Shown: positions 23,609-31,305 of the stretch, piece after piece
Position numbering within the stretch: position 1 is the stretch's first letter
How the letters are laid out: each line of letters starts with the position of its first letter
Virus record (IMG/VR): IMGVR_UViG_3300034069_000547
Span: 1 to 43,636 of that record
Source: a virus
Reading direction: 5' to 3' (one strand)
Length of the DNA stretch: 43,636 bases
Translations under genes and position numbers: made by a program
Notes under the pieces: model-generated
The model's database searches: none
The model's input: the letters and a program-made list of their open reading frames with translations, nothing else
Told to the model about the DNA's origin: nothing

Positions 23609-23883
23609 TGAGCGTCAACGATGAACTCGCCGCGCGGATGAGCCGCATGGCGCAGGCAAAAGCGCGTCCGATCGACACATCCAAGTTGGGCCCGGTGACC
23701 GTCCTGCCGCCGCGGTCGATTGACGATGATGCCAGCGCATTGCTGGATGAGCTGTCTCGCCTGCAATCGTGGTGCGTGATGCAGCTTCCGACGCCGGGAG
23801 CAATGCAAGCTGCTGATCTGGTGCAGCGAACCCGCATCCTGATCATTGAACGGTGCAAGCGTCCGTCCAAGGTGCAGCCATGA
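23608..23883 (+). CDS. Hypothetical protein (91 aa)
   Basis: Start overlaps the upstream stop. Confidence 0.5.
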   Translation: MSVNDELAARMSRMAQAKARPIDTSKLGPVTVLPPRSIDDDASALLDELSRLQSWCVMQLPTPGAMQAADLVQRTRILIIERCKRPSKVQP

Positions 23884-24056
23884 CCCCCGCACAGCGCAGC
23901 GCAGCCTACGACGCCAACGGCTACCGCGAAACCGCGGTTGCCACCGAGTATCGCCGTCCTGACGGCAGCACCGTGCAGGCATGCGGGAAAGGCCCCGACG
24001 TGCGCCGGATGCTGGGCGAGGTCGTGCGGCGGGAGATGGAGGGGCGGGAGCCATGA
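23880..24056 (+). CDS. Hypothetical protein (58 aa)
   Basis: ATGA overlap with the upstream stop. Confidence 0.45.
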   Translation: MTPAQRSAAYDANGYRETAVATEYRRPDGSTVQACGKGPDVRRMLGEVVRREMEGREP

Positions 24057-24229
24057 CGGCAGCAGCACGCTTCAAAGAGGTTGACGTGGTTCGCGCGCTC
24101 AAAGGCGCAAAGAAGGCTGGTTTTCCTGTAGGCCGGGCCGAGATCGACGCGAACGGCACAATCATCATCTATGCGGCCGAGCGTGGATCGACCGGCAAGA
24201 GCAACCCGCTGGATCGCTTGCTACCGTGA
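24053..24229 (+). CDS. Hypothetical 58-aa protein coupled to the integrase (possible directionality factor, unproven)
   Basis: ATGA overlap upstream and GTGA overlap with the integrase start. Confidence 0.45.
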   Translation: MTAAARFKEVDVVRALKGAKKAGFPVGRAEIDANGTIIIYAAERGSTGKSNPLDRLLP

Positions 24230-25356
24230 CACGCAAGCGGTTCCTACCCAAGCATGTTGCGCGCTACCTGTCCGGCGGCAAGTGGTACTATCGCTATCGC
24301 CGTGTCGGCCATCCTGGCGGAACGTTCAAGAGCGAGTTCGGCACCGACGAATGGCGGCGTGAGTATGCTGCGTTCGAGTCTCACAAGCCGTCTGTAGGAT
24401 CGCCCGAGCGATATACACCGGGGAGCGTAGGCGACGCGCTGATTCGCTACTACGCCAGCGATACCCGCATTGGCCCGACCGCAGTGACGCGCGGCAAGGT
24501 GAAAGCTACGCTGGCACCGTTCCTAGCCGACTTTGGGCATGATCGGGTGAATGGTTTCACTTTCGAGCACATTGACGCCATCATTGCCCGCAAGCTGGTC
24601 AAGGGTATCGTCCAGACGCCGAAGGGGCCGCGCCCGGTCGGAGGCGTGTTCGCAGCACAGAAGCTTCGCAAGGAGCTGGTGCGATTCTTCGACTTTGCCG
24701 TGAAAGCAGGCATGCGCCGCGACAACCCTGCCGCCATTTCCGAGAAGATCAGCGCGCCCAAGGTCAAAGGCGAGAAGGGCTTCAAAACGTGGAGCGAGCA
24801 GGACATTGCCGCTTACCGGGACCAGCACCCGCTAGGCACGATGGCCCGGCTCGCACTCGAAATGCTGCTGTGGACCGGCCAGCGCCGTAGCGACGTTCAC
24901 CGCATGAGCCCTGAGGACGTGCGGGAGGGGCGGATCGCGATTGTGCAGGACAAAACCGACAAGGCGCTTTGGATCCCCGTGGCCCCGCAGTTGCTCGAAG
25001 CGATCACCGCGGTTGAGCCACCAGCGCCGGGTGTGTCGTTCATCCGCAGCGGACGGGGCGAGCCTTACTCCAAGGAATCGTTCGGCAACGTGATGCGGAA
25101 GTGGTGCGATCAGGCCGGGCTACTGGAACGATCGGCGCACGGCCTGCGCAAGGCTGCAATGCGTCGGATGGCTGAGTTGGGCATCACGAACCAGGGCATG
25201 AAGTCGATCAGCGGGCACAGCCGGGACGATCAGGTGGCGCACTACACGGCTGCCGCGAATCAGTCGAAGATGGCCGATGAAGCTATCGCACGACTCTCCG
25301 AATGGGAGCGAGGATTGTCTAAGTCGCCTGTTGCAGAACGTCTAACACAAGCGTAA
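24226..25356 (+). CDS. int: Tyrosine recombinase / phage integrase
   Basis: Catalytic signature: RRSDV (Arg I), HGLRKAAMRRM (HxxR), GHS...VAHYT (His/Tyr). 376 aa. Confidence 0.9.
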   Translation: MTRKRFLPKHVARYLSGGKWYYRYRRVGHPGGTFKSEFGTDEWRREYAAFESHKPSVGSPERYTPGSVGDALIRYYASDTRIGPTAVTRGKVKATLAPFLADFGHDRVNGFTFEHIDAIIARKLVKGIVQTPKGPRPVGGVFAAQKLRKELVRFFDFAVKAGMRRDNPAAISEKISAPKVKGEKGFKTWSEQDIAAYRDQHPLGTMARLALEMLLWTGQRRSDVHRMSPEDVREGRIAIVQDKTDKALWIPVAPQLLEAITAVEPPAPGVSFIRSGRGEPYSKESFGNVMRKWCDQAGLLERSAHGLRKAAMRRMAELGITNQGMKSISGHSRDDQVAHYTAAANQSKMADEAIARLSEWERGLSKSPVAERLTQA

Positions 25357-25497
25357 ACTCCCCGAAACACGAGGTAATTTATGTCCGGTGGCTCCCTGAG
25401 TAGGGTAAACATTTCTCCCCGATATCAGCGCGGTAAGCTGTCTAAGCCTGCTGCCGTCGCGACGAAGTTCTGCCGAGTCCCGCGCCGATTGTCTAAG
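25314..25497. repeat. Cluster of direct TGTCTAAG repeats
   Basis: ATTGTCTAAG at 25314-25323 and 25488-25497. TGTCTAAGCC at 25439-25448 and 25490-25499. A partial GTCTAA at 25340-25345. Confidence 0.7.
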
Positions 25498-26079
25498 CCA
25501 GATGAGTGTTGGAAACACAATACGCCGCTGTCTCTTGCGCGGTTCCTGAGCGGCCCTGAGGCGGGGCCTCGTGCAGATGATTTCTGGTCGCGTGTTGCGA
25601 CGCGATCGCCCGACGCGTGCTGGCTTTGGACGGGTGGAAGCGAGAAGGGCGGCTATGGCCGCTTGAAGCTCGGCCGCGTTACCGTTCGAGCGCACCGCGT
25701 AGCTTGGGCGCTGGCGAACGGACGTGATCCTGCCGAGTTTATGGTTCGGCACCGCTGCGATAATCCGCCTTGCTGCAATCCAGCGCACCTCGAACTCGGC
25801 ACACACGCCGACAACATGCGCGATAAAACCCAGCGCGGCCGTACGCGGACGGGTGATCAGCGCGGCGAGCGAAATGGCCACGCTCGGCTTACGACGGATC
25901 AGGTCGGCGCGATCGTTGCGGCCCTGCGTCAAGGTGAGCCCAACCGTAGCATCGCGCGTCGCTTCCCGGTTGGGGATGACCTGATCAGCCGCATCCGCAC
26001 AGGCCGATCGTGGCAGATCGAAGCAGCACAATTCGGCTGGGTTCCGATACCCGGCGTCAAGAGGGAGCAAGCCGCATGA
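25381..26079 (+). CDS. HNH endonuclease with C-terminal HTH
   Basis: HRCDNPPCCNPAHLELGTHADNMRD is an HNH motif. The C-terminal NRSIARRFPVGDDLISRIRTGRSW is HTH-like. GAGG SD upstream of the ATG. Confidence 0.8.
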   Translation: MSGGSLSRVNISPRYQRGKLSKPAAVATKFCRVPRRLSKPDECWKHNTPLSLARFLSGPEAGPRADDFWSRVATRSPDACWLWTGGSEKGGYGRLKLGRVTVRAHRVAWALANGRDPAEFMVRHRCDNPPCCNPAHLELGTHADNMRDKTQRGRTRTGDQRGERNGHARLTTDQVGAIVAALRQGEPNRSIARRFPVGDDLISRIRTGRSWQIEAAQFGWVPIPGVKREQAA

Positions 26080-26318
26080 CGACCGAACCCACACCGAGCC
26101 CGACGCGTGAGGCGTTCCCTTGGACGCCAGACGACCTGCGCGCCGACCTCAAGGCAGTGTTCGATACACCGGGGCTGCTCGATTGGATGGCCAAAGCCGT
26201 CAAGCAGGGTGCGATGCCGATGGAGTTCGACACCGGCCGCATGATTCCTTGGTCGGACTGGCTCGTGGCTAAGATCGAAGCCCGCGCCGTCCTCCGCACC
26301 CAAGGCGATCTCTCATGA
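26076..26318 (+). CDS. Hypothetical protein (80 aa)
   Basis: ATGA overlap with the HNH stop. Confidence 0.5.
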   Translation: MTTEPTPSPTREAFPWTPDDLRADLKAVFDTPGLLDWMAKAVKQGAMPMEFDTGRMIPWSDWLVAKIEARAVLRTQGDLS

Positions 26319-26497
26319 CCGACGCCAAGCGTGAGGCGGGGGCTCTCCTGCAAGCAAGGAGATTGCGGTACGAACAAGACCTCAAGTTGGGCTGGTCGAG
26401 GGAAGATTGCCAAGCCTTTTTAGACGGCAAACGTGACCATTGGCCATCAGTTCAGGCGCTTGTTGGCGCGAAAGGCCGTAACCATGACCGGCACTGA
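26315..26497 (+). CDS. Hypothetical protein (60 aa)
   Basis: ATGA overlap with the upstream stop. Confidence 0.5.
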   Translation: MTDAKREAGALLQARRLRYEQDLKLGWSREDCQAFLDGKRDHWPSVQALVGAKGRNHDRH

Positions 26498-26795
26498 TAT
26501 CGCAGCCGCCCGCGAGTGGTTCGGTTGTCATGAGCGGTTCGGGCCGCTTTCGGAGGTGCAGAAAGGCGAGGTGAACAAAATGGCCTTGTTTCTTGCCCGC
26601 CACCGCCACTCCGCTACGGCCGAGCTGGCCGAGGCGCTGAAGCCGTTCGCAGCGCTTGCCGAGCTCTGGACCAGTTGCGAGCAACATCCAAGCGGCTGCC
26701 CAGACAGTGCGCTGGTTGGCGAGGTTGTTGATCTCACGGTCGGCGACTTCCGCCGCGCCCGTCAAGCCCTCACCCGTGCAGGAGCCACGTCGTGA
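26484..26795 (+). CDS. Hypothetical protein (103 aa)
   Basis: The ATG at 26484 overlaps the upstream gene by 14 nt. Confidence 0.45.
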   Translation: MTGTDIAAAREWFGCHERFGPLSEVQKGEVNKMALFLARHRHSATAELAEALKPFAALAELWTSCEQHPSGCPDSALVGEVVDLTVGDFRRARQALTRAGATS

Positions 26796-26992
26796 CCCGC
26801 AAGCCGTACATCCGCATCATGCCTCCCGATGTTCGCGGCGGTGGGCCTGTTCGTTTCATGACGGCCGCCGAGGGTTATGTAATGGTCCGCCGGAAAGGGT
26901 GCATGCCGATCATCATCACCACGAAGGATTGGAACGGCTGGCCAGAGCAAGATCCCGCACCAGAGCGGGAAGGCGCGGGGGTGGGGCGGTGA
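26792..26992 (+). CDS. Hypothetical protein (66 aa)
   Basis: GTGA overlap with the upstream stop. Confidence 0.45.
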   Translation: MTRKPYIRIMPPDVRGGGPVRFMTAAEGYVMVRRKGCMPIIITTKDWNGWPEQDPAPEREGAGVGR

Positions 26993-27171
26993 TGCAGACG
27001 GATTGGATTGCGCACGATGGGCGCGCCCGGCCGATAGCCGGTGACATTCGGGTACAGGTAAAGCTTCGTAGCGGAACGATCATGCGACCATCGCGCGCCA
27101 GCAATCGCGTTTGGCCGTGGCGAGTCTGTCCCGACGACTATCAAATCACCGAATGGCGGTATGTGTCGTGA
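26992..27171 (+). CDS. Hypothetical protein (59 aa)
   Basis: TGATG overlap with the upstream stop. Confidence 0.45.
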   Translation: MQTDWIAHDGRARPIAGDIRVQVKLRSGTIMRPSRASNRVWPWRVCPDDYQITEWRYVS

Positions 27172-27200
27172 CCCCGCCCACCCCCGCCAAGGAGGCTACA

Positions 27201-27377
27201 ATGAGCAAGGATGAACTAGCGAACGAGATCGCATTGTGGGCGATCACAGAGCAGCACGGCCCGCGTCGCTATGCCGAACAAGCGCAGGCAGGAAATTGGC
27301 CGATCTGGCGGTGCGCGCGACGGGCTGCCGTGCTCGCGCTCGCCCGCGCCACCACGGACGGGGAGCAGTCGGCATGA
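27201..27377 (+). CDS. Hypothetical protein (58 aa)
   Basis: AAGGAGG SD 5 nt upstream of the ATG at 27201. Ends in ...DGEQSA. Confidence 0.55.
   Translation: MSKDELANEIALWAITEQHGPRRYAEQAQAGNWPIWRCARRAAVLALARATTDGEQSA
27360..27377. repeat. 18-bp direct repeat GGGGAGCAGTCGGCATGA, copy 1
   Basis: Exact match to 27599..27616. Spans a stop/start (ATGA) junction. Confidence 0.9.
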
Positions 27378-27616
27378 CGTTTTTCTGGCAGCGGCCCAAG
27401 GTTCAGCTTAGGTCAAATAGTTCTTCGCGAACTATGGGAGGTTTTTGGACGTCACGTGTCCGGTACGATACGTGGGGTTGGCCCTATGCTCGTTCTCACG
27501 ATTGGACTTTAGTCAAACTGTTTCCCGACGGAAAGACGGGAGATTATTTAATATACGGAACTGAGTGGAAACATCTGTCCGGTCCTCCGGTTACGTTTGG
27601 GGAGCAGTCGGCATGA
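27374..27616 (+). CDS. Hypothetical Trp-rich protein (80 aa) in a visibly A/T-richer segment
   Basis: ATGA overlap upstream. Bounded on both sides by the 18-bp repeat. Also ends in ...GEQSA. Confidence 0.5.
   Translation: MTFFWQRPKVQLRSNSSSRTMGGFWTSRVRYDTWGWPYARSHDWTLVKLFPDGKTGDYLIYGTEWKHLSGPPVTFGEQSA
27599..27616. repeat. 18-bp direct repeat GGGGAGCAGTCGGCATGA, copy 2
   Basis: Exact match to 27360..27377. Confidence 0.9.
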
Positions 27617-27822
27617 GCGACGCGGAGGCGATTGCGGACAAGCTGACGAAGGCGCAGCGAAAGGCGGTGCTGGGAAAAACCCGTTGGCTCACTCATCGGC
27701 AATCTCTGGAATGGCCGATGTGCGGTACGGTCTGTCGTGGCCCGCACAATACGTGGCAAGCTACGAACCTCGGCCTCCGCGTCCGTGACGTGCTTCTCGC
27801 GAGGGAGAATGGTGGTGAGTGA
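27613..27822 (+). CDS. Hypothetical protein (69 aa)
   Basis: ATGA overlap with the upstream stop. Confidence 0.5.
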   Translation: MSDAEAIADKLTKAQRKAVLGKTRWLTHRQSLEWPMCGTVCRGPHNTWQATNLGLRVRDVLLARENGGE

Positions 27823-28108
27823 GAGTGTTGGCGACATAACCGCACGGTGGATCGCCATGGCGCGCGAATGGGTCGAAATCGACGGTTTCGGGCCGCTCCA
27901 TATCGTTGTCGAGGATGGAAACTGCGAAGACGAGCATATTGAGTGGTGCCTGTCGTCTGCCAACAGTGCGGCGCGACCTCTCACCGATGCCGAGCGGAGT
28001 TTTGCGACACGGCTGCTTAATGACTTTCAGGAAGAAGAGCGGTTCGCGATTTGCTATCTTGCAGATCACGCCGCCCTCGCGCCCGCTGCGGATGGAGGGG
28101 CGGGGTGA
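27809..28108 (+). CDS. Hypothetical acidic protein (99 aa)
   Basis: GGGAG SD upstream of the ATG at 27809. Overlaps the upstream gene by 14 nt. Confidence 0.5.
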   Translation: MVVSESVGDITARWIAMAREWVEIDGFGPLHIVVEDGNCEDEHIEWCLSSANSAARPLTDAERSFATRLLNDFQEEERFAICYLADHAALAPAADGGAG

Positions 28109-28320
28109 GTGCCCCAGATCCAGAAAGCAGAATAGCCGCTGCTGAACAGGCTTACAACGAGATGCTCATCAGCTTATCCCGATACGGAAGCGATCCAACG
28201 GCCATGGCGAAACGTAGCGCTATGGCGGTCATAATGTCCGCGCTGCGGGCCGGTCCCTGTTCCGGCTCTTGTCGGGGGGATGCCACGCGTCGCACCAGTA
28301 GCGCCATCCCGACCATCTAA
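28105..28320 (+). CDS. Hypothetical protein (71 aa), last gene of the rightward block
   Basis: GTGA overlap with the upstream stop. Followed immediately by a GC-rich hairpin. Confidence 0.45.
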   Translation: MSAPDPESRIAAAEQAYNEMLISLSRYGSDPTAMAKRSAMAVIMSALRAGPCSGSCRGDATRRTSSAIPTI

Positions 28321-28346
28321 GAGGAGCGCAGTGCGCCTTGCTCCTC
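28321..28346 (+). terminator. GC-rich hairpin directly after the last rightward gene
   Basis: GAGGAGC (28321-28327) pairs with GCTCCTC (28340-28346), with an inner GCGCA-g-TGCGC. No clean U-tract follows. Confidence 0.45.
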
Positions 28347-28509
28347 GGCAACTGTGTGTCTGGGATTCTCCACACCGCCGCAGCACCATCCCCCTTGCCA
28401 CACCCGCGCCGATATGGGAATCTGCAATCGCTGCGGTAATCGCGTTCCGTGCGTAGGCGATCCAACGCCGCGCCGCAGTATAACCACCCTGCGACATTGG
28501 GCGTAGGAA

Positions 28510-28538
28510 GGGGCGGCTAAACCGCGGTTGGCCGCCCC
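28510..28538. terminator. Strong hairpin in the convergent intergenic zone (possible bidirectional terminator)
   Basis: GGGGCGGC (28510-28517) pairs with GCCGCCCC (28531-28538). The loop contains the palindrome AACCGCGGTT. Confidence 0.45.
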
Positions 28539-28695
28539 ACACCCCTCTCGACTCTCACCCCGCAATCTGGCTTCCTGCCGCGCCTAGCAGGGAGCGAGTC
28601 GATGAGCGGAGGACATGGCAAGGGCGAGCCAGGGCGGACGCAATCGCATCCGCCGCCTAAGCCGGGGTGCTTGGGGATGCTGGTGCCGGGGTGGC

Positions 28696-28971
28696 TCAGG
28701 CCAGCGCCGCATCCCGGTCGTACAGCCCACCGATCATCCGAACCTGTCGCCCATCCGCCAGTTTGATATGGCCGTCGTTGTGCATCGCGGGTACCTCGAC
28801 ACGATCACCGACAGCGACCGGCCAAGGCGTGCCCGGCGTCCATTGAAGCTTAGCGCAGGGGTGATGCGCCCAGCTCGTCGGCACGTCGGGCGTCACCTCG
28901 ATCGCTAGGCAGGGATGGGCCTCGCGGTCGCTGTCCTGCCATGCGTCGCGAATGACGCCGTGGATGCTCAC
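28696..28971 (-). CDS. Hypothetical protein (91 aa), last gene of the leftward block
   Basis: GTGA overlap with the upstream stop. Confidence 0.5.
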   Translation of the reverse strand: MSIHGVIRDAWQDSDREAHPCLAIEVTPDVPTSWAHHPCAKLQWTPGTPWPVAVGDRVEVPAMHNDGHIKLADGRQVRMIGGLYDRDAALA

Positions 28972-29279
28972 AGCTTGCCGGTCGTGATCAGCTTCTCGGC
29001 TTCTGCGACGACTTCAGGCCAGTGCGCGGTGATGACGGACTGCGCCAGGTGGATCGCCATCGACGCCGACAGGTCGATGCCCTTTGCCGCCTTCACGACT
29101 GCCTGCGCTTCGGTGGCGAGTGCCTTGAGGCTGTCGAACTCGTCGGGCAGTTTGGCCGAGAACGCGGCCAGCGCATCGCCAAACTCGGGCAGCAGCGAGG
29201 ACACTACCTTTTCGGCCGCGGTGAGATTGGTGCCGCTGAACAGGTGGCCGAGCGAGCGAAAGAATGAACCGATGAACAT
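28968..29279 (-). CDS. Hypothetical protein (103 aa from ATG 29279)
   Basis: GGAG SD upstream of the ATG. The longer ORF-track version (to 29711) overlaps two better-supported genes. Confidence 0.55.
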   Translation of the reverse strand: MFIGSFFRSLGHLFSGTNLTAAEKVVSSLLPEFGDALAAFSAKLPDEFDSLKALATEAQAVVKAAKGIDLSASMAIHLAQSVITAHWPEVVAEAEKLITTGKL

Positions 29280-29284
29280 GGTGC

Positions 29285-29548
29285 TTACTCCGCTGACGCG
29301 ACAGGAACCGGGTCGCTGGCCGGGTTGGAAACGGTGACAGGGGTTGGCGGATCGCCGGGCAAGGTCGTGCGAACGGACGGGATGCGAAGCACGCCGATCA
29401 AGCCGCCCGTGACGGTCCCGAGGCCGAACACTTCCATCTTGCCCATAACCTCGGGCACCCAAGCGGCGATCAGCAGGGCAACCGTGATGACGATCACCAG
29501 CGCGGCGAGGGTAGCGAGATAGGCGATAAGCTGCTCGCGCGCGGTCAT
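29285..29548 (-). CDS. Membrane protein with Pro-rich tail (holin/spanin-class lysis accessory)
   Basis: N-terminal TM LIAYLATLAALVIVITVALLIAAWV and Pro-rich C-terminus. ATGA-coupled to the endolysin gene. Confidence 0.5.
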   Translation of the reverse strand: MTAREQLIAYLATLAALVIVITVALLIAAWVPEVMGKMEVFGLGTVTGGLIGVLRIPSVRTTLPGDPPTPVTVSNPASDPVPVASAE

Positions 29549-30069
29549 GCCGCCTTCCCCGTCCGAAGCATCGCCGCCAGCCGCGTCGCCCGTGCACCGA
29601 CCTGCGTGGCGTATTTCGACGACAGCAGCCCATTGGCCGCGTCATCCCAGCGATGAGCCTTGATCGCGGCGAGGGTGTTGGTGAACGACAGCAGCCCGTG
29701 CCGTGCGTCACCGATCCCCATGTGCCCGAGATTGACCATCACGCGCTGGCGCACCGGGTCAAGTGTCCGCCACCAGGGCAGCACGTGATCAAGCGCGGCC
29801 ATCGTCGCGTCAATGTCGCTGTCGAGCAGGATCATCGCCTGATCGCGGCTGATGCCATGCTCGATGCAGGACGCGCGGGTGACGCCGCAGCGCTTCGTCT
29901 CGGCTGGCGTGATCCCACCATCGCCGCGGTCGAGATTGCGGCCGACACCGATCGACAGCAGCCCAAGCGTGTCGTGGTAGGGCCTGAGCTTGAGCCCCTC
30001 GTCGCGGATCAGCTCGGCCTTGAGGATGTCGCGGTTCAAGGTGGGCGGGGTGGCGGTTGCGGTGGTCAT
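29545..30069 (-). CDS. Endolysin, GH24 (T4/lambda-type lysozyme)
   Basis: IRDEGLKLRPYHDTLGLLSIGVG aligns with T4 lysozyme [22 protein letters not shown] (Glu-8-Asp-5-Ser/Thr). Confidence 0.85.
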   Translation of the reverse strand: MTTATATPPTLNRDILKAELIRDEGLKLRPYHDTLGLLSIGVGRNLDRGDGGITPAETKRCGVTRASCIEHGISRDQAMILLDSDIDATMAALDHVLPWWRTLDPVRQRVMVNLGHMGIGDARHGLLSFTNTLAAIKAHRWDDAANGLLSSKYATQVGARATRLAAMLRTGKAA

Positions 30070-30545
30070 TCTCCGGCCCCTCTCATCTGAGCTAGCTGCG
30101 CTAGGCTTTTGGCGAACACGCCATCACCACCGGCCGCGACAGCCATTTCGACAAGGCTAGTGGCCTGCGCGATTGCGGGGTCATGTGGGGCTGCTGCGCG
30201 CAGGGCGTTGAGAGCCATTGTAGTCGCGCCGATCAGGTACATGTTGATGTTCTCAGCGCGCTGCGTGCGGTTTTCGAGAACTTTGACCCGCTCTTCAATC
30301 GCTTCTTCGCGCTTATCTCGTTCGCCGCGGTCAGCAGCTTCGACTTCGGCTTCTGCTTTCCGGCTATCGCTGAACGCCTTGATCCAATCTGGGCCCTTTT
30401 TCACGATGACCCCGCCAAGGATGAAGAGCTGCACAAGTAGGATTGACCAGATCCCGACTGCTGCCGGGCTCCATCCCGTTTTGGCGATCACTGTGCCTAG
30501 AATTGCTGGGGCGTTATTCGCGGCGAGGAGAGGCAGAGCGCTCAC
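30066..30545 (-). CDS. Membrane-anchored coiled-coil protein (holin or i-spanin-like)
   Basis: TM VGIWSILLVQLFILGGVIV, followed by a charged coiled coil (KAEAEVEAADRGERDKREEAIEERVKVLE). ATGA-coupled to the endolysin. Confidence 0.5.
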   Translation of the reverse strand: MSALPLLAANNAPAILGTVIAKTGWSPAAVGIWSILLVQLFILGGVIVKKGPDWIKAFSDSRKAEAEVEAADRGERDKREEAIEERVKVLENRTQRAENINMYLIGATTMALNALRAAAPHDPAIAQATSLVEMAVAAGGDGVFAKSLAQLAQMRGAGE

Positions 30546-30991
30546 GACGTCGGGTCCGGAGCGCTAATGTCAGCAGATGGTATGCCAGGCCGATCGCCAA
30601 GCCGATGCCGAGCAGCGTCATAGATAGACCATGCGCCGACCAATGCGACCTGTGCCCAAGCAGCATAGTAGAGCGCCCACCAGTAGCGGTAGCGCGCCCA
30701 TCCGCCTTGATCCGACCAACCAAACGCAGCATGCAGCAACAGTTCGACGGCGTAGCTTGCCATCAACAATGAGTTGCCGCGGCTGCGCGGCATCAGCCAG
30801 AGCACAATGCCGGTCAGGTAATCGACCGTGAGAAACCACAGCCACGGTGCATCCTCACCGGTAGAGCGCACGAAGGCTGTGCTCAGCAACCAATTCGCGA
30901 GCAGGGCCAAAGATACGCCGACCTGCTCGCCATTGCGGCGCAGTGACGCGAACGTCAGCAGCGTCATATAGGCGAGCAGGAGCGGCAGCAT
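30542..30991 (-). CDS. Multi-pass membrane protein (149 aa from ATG 30991)
   Basis: Several hydrophobic segments (MLPLLLAYMTLLTFA, VSLALLANWLL, LWFLTVDYLTGIVLWL, YWWALYYAAWAQVALVGAW). Lies upstream of the lysis genes. Confidence 0.55.
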   Translation of the reverse strand: MLPLLLAYMTLLTFASLRRNGEQVGVSLALLANWLLSTAFVRSTGEDAPWLWFLTVDYLTGIVLWLMPRSRGNSLLMASYAVELLLHAAFGWSDQGGWARYRYWWALYYAAWAQVALVGAWSIYDAARHRLGDRPGIPSADISAPDPTS

Positions 30992-30992
30992 A

Positions 30993-31301
30993 TCAGTGGC
31001 TGGGTGGCGTCGGAGGGGCGGGCGAGTTGCCGCCACTGTCGAGGGTGGGCTCGTCGTCCAGCGTCTGCACCGGCACGCGCTTGATCGGCGTGGTGTCGTG
31101 CACACCTGCGCGCTTCAACCGCGAGTGCAGCACACTGGCGTACGCGCCCATATGCTTGCCTTGTTCGCGCATGTCCGCCTGCTCATCGGCCGGCAACTTG
31201 GCGAAGATCGGCGAGTCATAGAAGGCCGTCAGCTTCTTGTGACGCTCGGCCAACTCGGCGTGCTCGGCGACGACGCGCTCGATGTGGGGTTCGTGCTTCA
31301 T
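30993..31301 (-). CDS. Hypothetical protein (102 aa from ATG 31301)
   Basis: GGAG SD upstream of the ATG. The upstream gene stops at 31306. Confidence 0.55.
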   Translation of the reverse strand: MKHEPHIERVVAEHAELAERHKKLTAFYDSPIFAKLPADEQADMREQGKHMGAYASVLHSRLKRAGVHDTTPIKRVPVQTLDDEPTLDSGGNSPAPPTPPSH

Positions 31302-31305
31302 TCTC

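Noticed and set aside
24372-24380. tRNA T-loop-like GTTCGAGTC inside the integrase gene, as a possible tRNA fragment or attP core
   Set aside because: The flanking bases do not form a T-stem or acceptor stem, and the segment is in frame in the integrase. No tRNA-like structure was found anywhere in the window.
25381-25560. The idea that the first ~60 codons of the HNH ORF are non-coding attP DNA
   Set aside because: A GAGG SD sits 6-7 nt upstream of the ATG at 25381, and there is no in-frame ATG or well-placed GTG later. I kept the full ORF and flagged the repeat cluster as a finding instead.
28968-29711. Long 247-aa version of the ORF ending at 28968
   Set aside because: Its upstream two-thirds is Arg-rich nonsense that overlaps the TM protein and the endolysin 3' end. 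An internal ATG at 29279 with a GGAG SD gives a sensible 103-aa protein.
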